From assembly GCA_035084275.1 (NCBI GenBank), contig CM068754.1, forward strand, positions 13,764,001-13,828,000: a stretch of 64,000 nt of DNA. Reading direction: 5' to 3'. Below, piece after piece: positions 53,749-64,000 of the stretch (positions are counted from its first letter, which is position 1; every line of letters starts with the position of its first letter). A program made the position numbers and the translations under genes. The notes below the pieces were generated by a model. That model was not told the origin of the DNA and did no database searches. It saw nothing but the letters and a program-made list of their open reading frames with translations. This DNA comes from Hydrolagus colliei (taxonomy: Eukaryota).

Positions 53749-54678
53749 ACCAACAAGGGTGATGCTCTATCAAACCGTGTGCAGAGCACGTTAGGGAACT
53801 ATGACGAAATGAAGGATCTGCTAACGAACCGTTCGAACCAGAGTCATCTTGTGGGAATCCCCAAGTCTATGATTCCGCAGACGCCTGTTGAGAAAATGGA
53901 ACAGAGTTTCTTCGCAGAACCAAGGACCAAAGTGGCTCAGTCCCACCAAAGTAACAGTCTTCCTTCATCGTGCATGCCTCCCCCTTCCTCTTCGTTGTCC
54001 TCAAGCTCTTCATTATTACATGGACATCAGAGTAACAAGAAATCCAGACTGGAATGGACTCGCAATGCTCATCCCTCTGGAGGTGGACACGGTGCACAGG
54101 CTAACAACCAACCCAACAGTCAGCAGAGCAGAGTGAAGCATACAACGACACTCGAGCAAGCTCAGGACAGGTACAATGAACCATACTGTAGTCAGACTGA
54201 ACTGCACAAAAGCGATCACCAGCCTGACGTGGATGAATGTGTTAAATCCCAATCATCCAGTCCTAATGCTTCACGTTCCAAGCGACACAGTCACTCCAAG
54301 CCTGTCACTGGAGATCATTCCTATAAAGACAGCTGCCATGTAAAATCTCCTATTGAAACCGATGCTACTACCACTCATGCTTGTGGATCCCCCGCCCCCT
54401 CCACGTCCCTGATACCAAGTGGCAGTACGCTTTCTGCTCAGAATTTTCCTCCAGGACTCCACTGTAAGTCAAGCATGGTACAGCAGAAGCCGACTGCATA
54501 TGTGAGACCCATGGATGGCCAAGATCAAGCCCCCTTTGAGTCACCTGAGCTCAAGCCGCTGATGGAAATTGAGGACGCCTTTAGCAGCCAATCCTTTGGA
54601 AGTCTGCTGGATGGAAAAGCTAGCACAGCAAACACCAAGTGCAAATTGCCAAAACTGACAATTCCTCAGCCTGGGGAG
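53749..54678 (+). CDS. AFF2: AF4/FMR2 family member 2, large coding exon (exon 3 equivalent, ALF/N-terminal homology region)
   Basis: Lies inside ORF 53728..54717. Acceptor tctttcag ends at 53748 and donor gag|gtaagt starts at 54679. The 930 nt are phase 0-0 and in frame with the previous exon (EPYK|TNKGDALSNRVQSTLGNYDEMKDLL...QNFPPGLHCKSSMVQQKPTAYVRPMDGQDQAP...SFGSLLDGK...KLPKLTI). QNFPPGL.CK and SFG.LLDGK are AFF2-like. Confidence 0.95.
54487..54513 (+). other. AFF2: Encoded SIAH-binding degron KPTAYVRPM (PxAxVxP)
   Basis: aag ccg act gca tat gtg aga ccc atg. This is the conserved AFF-family degron, mutated in AFF3 KINSSHIP and AFF4 CHOPS syndromes. Confidence 0.9.
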
Positions 54679-56249
54679 GTAAGTGGATACATCAACATGT
54701 TGAACACAATTAGCTGAACAGAGAACTGCAGTAGATACCTACCATTATTTATACATACTACCATATGTTACAATAAAGATCACTTAATGGCCCACATTTT
54801 TTTATCATGAGAAAGCTGGAAACAAACCTTGTTTGGTATCAGTGGTTACGATCCTTCAGAAAGTGTTACAGTGAAGGATTACTATATCAATTTGCATTTG
54901 CTACTTATTGCATCCAAACCAGAATTGAATTATTACAGCTTGGCTCGGGCATATAATGTGATAATAATGCGACTAGTTGGAAATGCAGAGAAAAATAATT
55001 AATTTTACTAAATCGTTCTCTTGCTTCTCAAAGTGAAATGTAGCAGTAGGTCAAATTTGCAAACAATTTTGTTTTATCAAATCAAGCTTTAAGAAACAAA
55101 TTACCTTTTAAATGGGTATTTAAAGGGTTGCAGATGACTCCATTGTAGCTGTTCCAAGTATTATTGAATCAGACTCGCATTGGCAAACAAAAACGTTGAA
55201 AGTGCAAAGCACAAGATGATAGATGGTGGAACAAACTAAGCAACTCCTCACGTTAAACTGTCAGCTGTTGCAGTTTATTATAATGTCCCATCTTCTTGAA
55301 ATTCAATTGTATACAGCGAATCCCCATGTACAGCCTTGTTGAGTGTCATGTTGCATCTTTATCAGCTTTGTAAACTAAGATGCCACTTGGGTAAAATTAT
55401 GTGGCACAGCAATATGAGATCATAAAATAATCTCTTGATAGTCATGGATGACAATCCGAGGCTTGTTACAATTCGTAAGCCAATCTCCCCCAAAACATTT
55501 TGGTTGTGATTTTTGGATCACACGGTCTTTTTAATGTAACAAGCTGTATTGATATTCAGTATATGGTGATTTGCACATCCACCGGCATTATATCATTGTG
55601 TAACTGGAGGAAAACCACAGTGGTCTCTGAAGGAGCGTGCCAGCCTCCGCTATCTTTGTTCCAACCAAAAATAACAACCAATAACTTAGGAGCCGGAGGC
55701 AGATCGCTTCAACCTAGAGAATTGCACACTGGTTGCATAAATAATGACTTCACACATTTGCTATGTTGTACAGAATATTCTGTGGGAGATATTTGACTTC
55801 TGGATTGCCAACTGCATTTTACAAACCAAAACACTTGTTGAATCCAACTTCAAAGCGAAGCGTTAAAAGCAGAACTATTTTTAGAGCATTGTAAACATCA
55901 ATTCTTTATTCATTTACATGCAAACAATGCAAATTTTGTATCAAGAGACATAAAGTGTTCATTGCTACAGGGGTGACTAAAAGCTGCCTGTAACCTTGCC
56001 AGAGAAGCAGGGTTCCTCCCATTTCCAGGCATGTCATCTGGGATTCAGGATATCCTTGTGAACTGATCACTTTATTGTTCTTAAAGTCCATACCACTAGA
56101 TTATTAAATTAACTGGGCTTTGTTCTTTTGAAAAGGAAATGGCAGTATAGTAATATAATCATTTCACAATGTTTAAACAATTTACCCAAGAACATTTGGA
56201 TAATTTTAGATTTGGAAAGCAATGAGTCAAAAATCCAATCCAACGTCCA

Positions 56250-56535
56250 ACAACAAAGGAATAAAGCACCTTTTGACATCAGGAGGATGTTTCAAAGAGC
56301 TATGCAGAATTCATTTAAAGTGTAGTGACTGTATTTTGTTGGCAGTGAATTTCCACAAAGCAATATCTCACAAACAGCCACAGAACTGATGATAACATTT
56401 TATCTGGGGATTGTTAGCTGGGATGTGTCATTTTAATATCTCATCTGATGGATGGCACCTCAAATAATGCAGCCTGGACTATGTGAGTCCAGACATGGGG
56501 CTTGAGCCCACAATGTCCTCACTCAGAGGTGAGAA
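56250..56535 (-). mobile_element. Old Deu-domain SINE, degenerate
   Basis: Reverse tail (aaagcaccttttgacatcaggaggatgtttcaaagagc), body (cacaaagcaatatctcacaaacagc; tctcatctgatggatggcacctc) and head (gggcttgagcccacaa...ctcagagg). Confidence 0.55.
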
Positions 56536-56540
56536 TGATA

Positions 56541-57039
56541 CAACAACAACTTTGATTTATATAGCGCCCTCCATGCCGGACAGTGTCTCAGAGCGCTTCG
56601 CAATAGCGGATCCCGGGACCAAGCCAAGGGCAAGGGTAGAAAGGTGACCAAAGGCGCGGTCGAAGAGAAAGGTCTTCAGCTGGGACCTGAAACTGAGAAA
56701 AGAGTTGGGCGAGGTGAAGGGAGTGAGGAAGGGAATTCCAGAGCCTTGGGGCATAGTGGCTGAAGGCACGGCCGCTGAGGGTGGAGCGGAGGATTCAGGG
56801 ACATGGAAGTGGCCAGACCCAGTGGAGCAAAGGCAACGGGAGCTGGTTTGAGGTGAAAGGAGGTCAGATAGGTAGGGGGGGTGCAGAAGAGTGGAGGGAT
56901 TTGAAAAGAAGGGTGAGGATCTTGAAGTCGATCCTCTCGGGGATAGGGAGCCAGTGAAGTCTGGCAAGGACTGGGGTAATGGGGGAGCGAAGTTTGGTGC
57001 GGGTGAGTATGCGGGCGGCAGAGCTTTGGATGATACCAA
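56541..57039 (-). mobile_element. L2 LINE 3' remnant
   Basis: The minus strand encodes LHWLPIPERIDFKILTLLFKSLHSSAPPYLSDLL, then LWNSLP and QLKTFLF in other frames, followed by an agcgct..ggcgctatataaat (ttg)n tail. Confidence 0.9.
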
Positions 57040-58285
57040 CTGAGCAAGGCTGACGTTTGTAGGATGGAAATAATTTGATAGATACAGCCTTGGATATGTT
57101 CTGCCGCCCGTCTGTGTTGACTGTTCTTACTATTTAGCCCACTGGAAAGTAAGTCTCTTTAAGTGGAATACATTTCCTTGAAGCACACTACATTCCCACT
57201 GGGATTCTCTCTTGAGCAACCCGCTTCTCCTCAATTTATTATACTCAGCACCGAGTGAAATGTTTGCTGATGTAGAGCAACCTCATAATGGGACTGTCCA
57301 GTCTGCTTCTCTTCGCAATTCAAGGTCTTTTGGTACTTTTACTTGCTTGCTTACTCTCTCTTTAAAACAGTGAAACAATAGTTTTATTGGCTACTGTGAT
57401 CTCCAACCACCAGTAAATTTCCAACCGTCAGTGAATTTTTACCTATCCTTACTTTTCCACAAAGCCTCTATCAACACTGTTTTCACAAGACAAGAGGCAT
57501 TTTGCTATGTCTCTACGGTTGTTATTTAAACTAAAAGGCAAGCCTGAGTGACTGTGTTTCCTCATGACTGGAGATGAGTTTGGCTGATGCTCCCTTGTTG
57601 GGGGAGAAGGGGAGAGAGTTGAGTTGGCATTTCTATTTGTTTTTAAAAATACAGATTCATTGCTTTGCATTTGTTGTCAAATTCAAACTGCATGGTGGAA
57701 AAACAAAAACATAAAACCCGCGGAAGAGAACTGGAGGGGTAGGGAAACTGTGGAAGAAAGTTTTTTTTTCCTTTTTATGAAAGAAGTTCAACAATGTCGA
57801 CAAAAAAACTTCCATTATGTTTCCAGAGCATTATCTATTAAATCCCTATTTTCTAACGTCTTAGCCATGTCAATTTAAGAAAAAATAACTTTCTGAATTG
57901 ATTCTGCTGGCATGTCTAATTGATCCTGCAGGGCAAAGAATAATAATAATAATAATCATTAATAATGCATGTTCTTGCAATTGATATGATGGCTTTCATG
58001 TCCTGGGATTCTCAAAGCACTTCACGGGTTTTCATTGTAAATTGTAGTGACTATGTACTTTGTATGTGCAATGCAATATGACTAAAAGAATCTGGCATAT
58101 GATAGTGCTCGTGAGCAAACAAATAATATTCACTGCAACCTCAGTTGTTCCCGACCAACACATGACGTATGATGAGGTGTCCCTAAATTGGTAAAAACTC
58201 ACAGTATCTGGAAATTGGGAATGGAGGTTTTGTGACCAAAATTCTGCTTCACTGTATTTTTTTGTAGAAATAATCCTTATATTTG

Positions 58286-58584
58286 TGGAGTCCTGTAGCC
58301 ACTCGCCTTATAAGAGAGAGGCCTGGGTTCAATTCCAGGCAGGGTGAAACTTTGAGCAAGTTTCCTTACTCCACACATCTAATAATAATCCCTAAAAAAA
58401 AGCAATAATATATCAGTCATTTCAACCCACGACTGTTTGTGGGACACTGCTGTGCGCAATTGGCTGTCCCGTTTTGACAACATATATACAGTCAATTAAT
58501 TTTTTAGTATATTCTGTGAAGCACTTTGAGACGTCTAGAAGACATGAAAAGCACTACATCAAATGCAAGGATTATGATTATTAT
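58286..58584 (+). mobile_element. Full-length tRNA/Deu SINE nested in an older antisense copy
   Basis: Head ggagtcctgtagc with a partly deleted A box, B box gggttcaattcc, body and tail. Flanked by tatttg at 58280-58285 and 58585-58590. Confidence 0.9.
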
Positions 58585-58585
58585 T

Positions 58586-58680
58586 ATTTGATATAGCTAC
58601 TTATCACATCATTTAGACGTCTCAAAGTGCTTCCCAGAATATACTGTAAAGTGAATGGATTGTATAATTTGTGGGCAAAA
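58586..58680 (-). mobile_element. Host SINE 3' fragment (continues from 58269-58285)
   Basis: atttgatatagc...tagacgtctcaaagtgcttcccagaatatactgtaaagtgaat is the reverse complement of the SINE tail. Confidence 0.8.
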
Positions 58681-60854
58681 GCTGTATATTATGTTTCCTT
58701 GTTTGTTCCATTTATTTGCCCATGGTCCCCCAATCCCCCACCAAAAAAAAATCTGGTTCACTGCCACAAATCAAAATTTCCATGTCTTTCTCAGGCATGG
58801 AATAGTAAGTAATATGGCCCAATGGATTTGCAACATTTTGCTGTGCCTATCAATGAATCATTGAAATGTGCCTTTCTTGTTAGAAGTTGTGGGGAGGGTG
58901 GAAGAAATTGAAATTCCGAGGTGTGTATTTTAAGAAAGCATTGAAAGGACTGTTTACGATATATTTGTTGGGGGAAGTGTGATTGATATTTTAAGTTGTT
59001 TTAAGATTTCAAGACATTATTGATTTTCAGTGAGAGGTGAAATTTTTTCGGTAATGTACCTTCTGACACACAGCTTTAACAACAACAACAAATTACATTT
59101 GTACAGCGCCTTTCACTTTAACCAAAATGATAGCATGTCACAAGAATGTTATTTATATGCTGCAAGGCAGGCAGCAGAGCATTCTAAAGGTGTTAGTGTA
59201 TGGAATTGTAACTGCCCTCCCCATTAGTCTTGCGATATGTTTTAAAATGCAGAACTGTTTTGGAAGTGAAGGAAAACAGTGTTTAGTTATTTTATTAGTC
59301 CTAGAGGATTAATTTGTGGCAGCATTGTGTGAGTTGGGGGTTGTAGAATATGCAAATTGTCCTTATATAGCTGCGTCTGAAACACTACGGGGAAACGATT
59401 GCCCACAGAGGCTGGTGTGTTCTGGTAAAGAAAGCGTGTTGCATGTAAGGAAATGGTACAAAGGGCTATTTATATGCACTAAAAAGATCTGAGCATGATT
59501 GCAGATGGTGTTTCGTTTTTTTAAAAAAAAGGGTTTCTTTCTATATACAGCATTTACCAGTTTGGGCTGCAGATGTTACTGTTTATTTTTACTTCAATAC
59601 AAAATGCGCTGGGGAACATCTTTTACGCCTCAGAGAATGTTGTCAATATTCATTTTATAAATAAACGCTGGCAAATGAAAGCCGTGTTGCAGCAAACAGC
59701 AAGAATATTTTCGATTATTTTAAAAAATCAAGAAAACGGAGAGAATGGGCCATGGAAAGAGGGCGGGTTTTAATTTTAAAATTTATAAATGGATGGTAAA
59801 GGGTGAAAAGTTGCATGTATTTCGAATGGGAGCAAAACATATGGTAGCTTAAAGATAAGGGGGTCATACTCTCACTTGATCTCACAGTGAGTGGGATAAG
59901 CAATGATGCATTGGGAAGTTAACCTCAAGAAGTCAACAGTTCAGTACAAAAACTAAATGCAATGTTTACCTAAAGCTCTTAAGGTGCATTTCCTTTGACG
60001 TTTGCAGAACAACAATGGACTATTTGGTTCTCCATCCTTTGCCAACTTGGGATATGGCGATCCCGAATCTCACTGCCAATTTCACAATCCGATATTCTCT
60101 GAGCGCAAGTTGTAATTGACACAATAAATCCAGTCCAATTTGGATTTAACTCACTTTTCAAACAGCATTAACAGCAATTAATTCTTGATGCCATCTATAA
60201 ACTACAGCCTTATAGAAAGACAACCTTTTATTTTCAGCAAGTCTGCCAGTTTGCATGTTGTTAATTGTTGTGTAGTATATTAAAAAGGTGATTGCTATGG
60301 TTGACTCGTGAAACTATTTGTTTTTAGTAAATTTAATTTTTCTTGACCTTGAACAACCTGTGAATACTTTTATACCCGGTCTGGCCAGAATCGGATTCCC
60401 TAGCCTAAAACCATCATTTGATTACGGGAAACCACAAGGAGGAAATTCATGGAAACCCTTCTGCGGATTAAAAAAAAGAACATTTAAATGGTCCTGTACC
60501 TTGAGGTATTGTTTAGCTGGCTACATAATGAATGTTTCACCTTTAGTGACGGCAAGAGTTGCTTTACAAATCAGAACACACACAATGAAGTTCAATCAAA
60601 CCAGTAGAGTGTTATTGAGTCATTGACAGGAACATTTTACTGGGAACTGAGTCCAGGTTGGCAGAATTACAAGCTACTGATGTAGATGCCAAATAATAAA
60701 TTGTGTAGGTACAGAGTGTGCTGTACAAAAGATGCAGTTCTCATCGTGGTTAAACTCATAAGTGGACACAAGAACTCAGGAAAATCAGATAAGTCCTGTT
60801 TACACAAAATGTCAAACTGTTTTACATTGATGAGACTGTGAGAGCCAACGTGCC

Positions 60855-61183
60855 TTCAGTACTGAAAGGAGATGTCTCAGAGGGGACCTTGTAGAGGTAC
60901 ACAAGATTTTATATGAGATTGAGAAAGTTAAACACACAGTAATAGTTTTTGATGCCCCACTACAGAGGAACAGAAGGGCTGCAAAGTATTTCTTCACCCT
61001 TTTTATCTCCTCACTGAGGGTATTTAACGACTGGAACAGGTTTCCAGGTAGGGTGGTTGAGATTAGAAAGCTGAACCAGTTTTATAGAAAAACCTTTTGC
61101 TGTAATGGGAGTATGTTATGGAACTTTAAGATCAAGTGGGAGCAAAGGGCCTTCTTTATCCAAATCTCTCTTGTGATCCTATG
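60855..61183 (+). mobile_element. Degenerate CR1 LINE 3' remnant
   Basis: Translates FSTERRCLRGDLVEVHKIL, compared with the CR1 ORF2 motif FSLEKRRLRGDLIEVYKI. Followed by tggaacag..ccag..gtggttgag and a degenerate 3' tail. Confidence 0.75.
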
Positions 61184-61310
61184 TGTTTCTATTTATATGT
61201 CAAGCTGAAGCACTCTGGGTGTAGAAGTAACGTTGGCTCTCCATTGTTCAGTGGTGCATGGATGCCAGCTCTCATTTCTGTGGATCCACTGTGCTAAATT
61301 AGATTCAGTG

Positions 61311-61396
61311 TAATAATAATAATTCTTGCATTGGATACGGCGCCTTCACAGAATATACTGTGAAACGAATTGACTGTATATTTTGTGGGCGAAACG
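61311..61396 (-). mobile_element. Internally deleted SINE 3' fragment
   Basis: (aat)n tcttgcattggatacggcgc|cttcacagaatatactgtgaaacgaattgactgtatattttgtgggcgaaacg. Confidence 0.7.
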
Positions 61397-61866
61397 TGTA
61401 GACATAACTGGTCAGTCCAATGCCTCCCTAGCTCCTGCTGGATTTAGATTGCTGCTTCAAATTATGTCATTGAACTGTAAGTTGCATTGATTTCTGTTCA
61501 AAAATCATTTAAAGAGAAAATGGATTGTATTGAAAATGTTTTTTTCTGTATTTATATTTTCCCATTTTCATTTTAGTGGGTATCTTGGTACAGTTATCTT
61601 TCTACCCACCCTGGGAGAATTAGATGCCTTCCGACATGAAAGGCGCTGTACAAATGTAATTTGTTGTTGTTGTTGGGACAGTGGTATTTGACTTTAGTGA
61701 AGTGTAGGCTGCCGTGTCCCTGCCAGGTTCTCCCCTCCCTGAGACAGAATGCTTTGTTTGTGTCTGATGTTGCCTCCAGCAGGCCTGCTGAGACTAGAAC
61801 AACCCCTTCCTCTGCCTGCAGTGAGGGCACTCTCAGTGACGGGTAGCAATCAGACTTAAAGCCATA

Positions 61867-62153
61867 AGTCCTGTAGCTCAGTGATTAGAGAACTTGCCTC
61901 ACAAGCAAGAGACCTGGGATTGATTACAGGCAGGGCGAAACCTTGGACAAGTTTCCTTACTCTACACGCCTAACAATAATCCCTAACAAAATAATAATTT
62001 TGGCACTCAATTGTGACTGTTTGTGGGACACTGCTGTGTGCAATTGGCTGCAGCATTTTGCCACAAATATACAGTCAATTCACTTTACAGTATATTCTGT
62101 GAAGCGCTTTGAGATGTCTGGAAAGCGCGACATCAAATGCAAAGATTATTATT
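61867..62153 (+). mobile_element. Full-length tRNA/Deu SINE
   Basis: Head agtcctgtagctcagtgattagag, agggcgaaaccttggacaagtttcctt, shared body, tail catcaaatgcaaagattattatt. Confidence 0.9.
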
Positions 62154-64000
62154 TATCAGTACGATAACCTGCTGCTAACTTTGATGGTATATGTTACACT
62201 GACACTTACTTGGCTGCTCAATCTGTTGGCTACTTATGACAGTAAGTCTGAAATCTAAACCTTTCTGAAATACACTTGATTCAGTGCAGCGCTGTCACAT
62301 GAGACAGAGCTTTGGAATCAATATCAGCATCAAAAATTATTCCACCAGGCAGTGTATGAGCAATTGTTATAAAGTAATACCGTTGAGGTTTTTTTTTCAA
62401 TAGTTAACTTAGAAAGAGGGAGGCAAATTTATTTTGCACAGATGGTGCGTGTGGTGGTTTTCTTGTGGTGGTTTTCTTTTGAATGTCTTGTTTCAATTGA
62501 TTCTATGTTTAATCGGGCTCAGCTAGGTGAGGGCAGAGATGCTTTTGTTTGCACCATTTTGAACCAACTGGCAGCAGCCTAATGCAGTTTGGACTCAGGC
62601 GAGTTAATGCTGATTAGAAAGCTCCATTCATGCCGTAACAATAGGCCTCATTCAGCTACTCAAAAGGCTATAGCTCGATCTCTTGCTGCAGCTGACTTCA
62701 CAAGATAATGTTAGAAGGTTATGTCTGCGCAACTGTCCTAAAATGATTGACAGGAAGTGACCTCAACATGATCAGCAGGGCAACATGAATCTGAGCATGT
62801 GCAGATCTGAGTACAGGAAGTTGCTTCACCAGATCTAATTGCATCTCCCCCACCCCCAAATGCAATAATAATAAAATAGCGACCGATGTTGACCGTGATG
62901 ACTTATGTACAAAAAAAAACTCTTGCACCAATTAATTGAGTGTCCCCTACTATAGTAGTTCCAACTATCCAACCTTTGTAACTCAGGATTAACCTGAAGT
63001 CACTTGTAAGCACAGAACCACTTCACCTGATAATCTTCTTGAGAATGAACCATTAGCTGAGTCTTAGCAGTCGGAGCAGGTATCAATGTATCGGAATAAA
63101 GGATGTCTGGTCAGACAGTTACAAGCTTCAGAGAAGGCTTATCCTCATTATTTTTTTATATATATATATATAGCTCCAAAAGACTACGGTAACAATTGTT
63201 ACACACAATAAATAGTAAGGTACGCTTAAAAAGAGTGTGTTAAATTGCAAGAATTGTATTTTTAGTGATTAAATGCAATGGAAATCGATGATGAATCGTG
63301 GAGGAGGTGGTAACATTTGTCAGACGAGTTACGTTCCTACTGCAGTGCATTGTGACCAATCTTTTGAAGGATCCCTAAAAATAACACATGAGCAGACGTT
63401 CAGAGGCGTGAATCACATTCATGTGCTTGCGATTGTAAATTGAAAGATAAATCCTTCCATATCCCCATGGATCCAGAGGAGAACAGCAAATGAGTCTATT
63501 GGCTACTTTTGTGATCTTTCGACTACAAATAGTGAAATCTGTAGACCTTGCTGAATTTGTTAAACATGTCTATAATTACCCTGTCCTCCCAAGAAATATT
63601 GATTTAGAAAGCAGGGTCCTACTTCATGGTGATGCATAAATATCTGCAGCCTTTCTATTGCACTCACTAAGAAAAATTAATAGCATTGTAACAGTATTGA
63701 TCTGAGATTGAAGAGTATAGTATTTGTGTGGCTACTGGATGTGCTCTCAGACATAAATCCTTCTGATTATAGTAGCGCATAGTCTACAAATAATATACAA
63801 TGAGTTTTTTTAATAGAAATCCTATGTTCCTGCACATCCGTATATCTGCTCCCTTCACTTCTGGGCTGTGTCATTTTACCACTAACACAATTTGAACTGG
63901 GCACAACATCAATGCCACTTAAGCGAGCAGGCAGGATGCACATTCTGTGAGTTGACCAGTGGCTTTTCACTGTTTACCGTCAAATTTGAGGTGAGGGGAT

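Noticed and set aside
1054-62153. Recurring 30-60 bp motifs as a CRISPR-like or regularly spaced array
   Set aside because: They are dispersed, irregularly spaced, in both orientations, and explained by retroposon tails in a eukaryotic genome.
54679-64000. AFF2 exon 4 (...CVEEILR-like)
   Set aside because: No matching peptide with splice sites was found. The gtggaagaaa hits near 57750 and 58900 do not extend.

Overview
This is AT-rich vertebrate genomic DNA. The repeat content (Deu-domain tRNA-SINEs, L2 and CR1 LINE ends, a Penelope-type terminal fragment) suggests a cartilaginous fish; that assignment is an inference. The window lies inside an AF4/FMR2-family gene on the + strand, best matching AFF2 (FMR2). 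Only two coding exons are present: the exon-2 equivalent at 51435-51555 and the large exon-3 equivalent at 53749-54678, which carries the cyclin T1-binding segment and the KPTAYVRPM SIAH degron. The first coding exon and exon 4 were not found and probably lie outside the window. The rest is intron, filled with tRNA/Deu SINE copies, many ~60-bp L2 3' stem-loop tails, L2/CR1 remnants, two Tc1/mariner (Tigger-like) MITEs and several candidate conserved enhancers. The most notable structures are a minimal hammerhead ribozyme (48759-48795, minus strand), a composite MITE with nested inverted repeats and an internally deleted L2, a 74-bp-arm foldback, a SINE-in-SINE hairpin, and features compatible with exon-3 circularisation or intronic polyadenylation. 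I see no convincing evidence of a wholly new gene system. Almost all ORFs in the supplied track are spurious.
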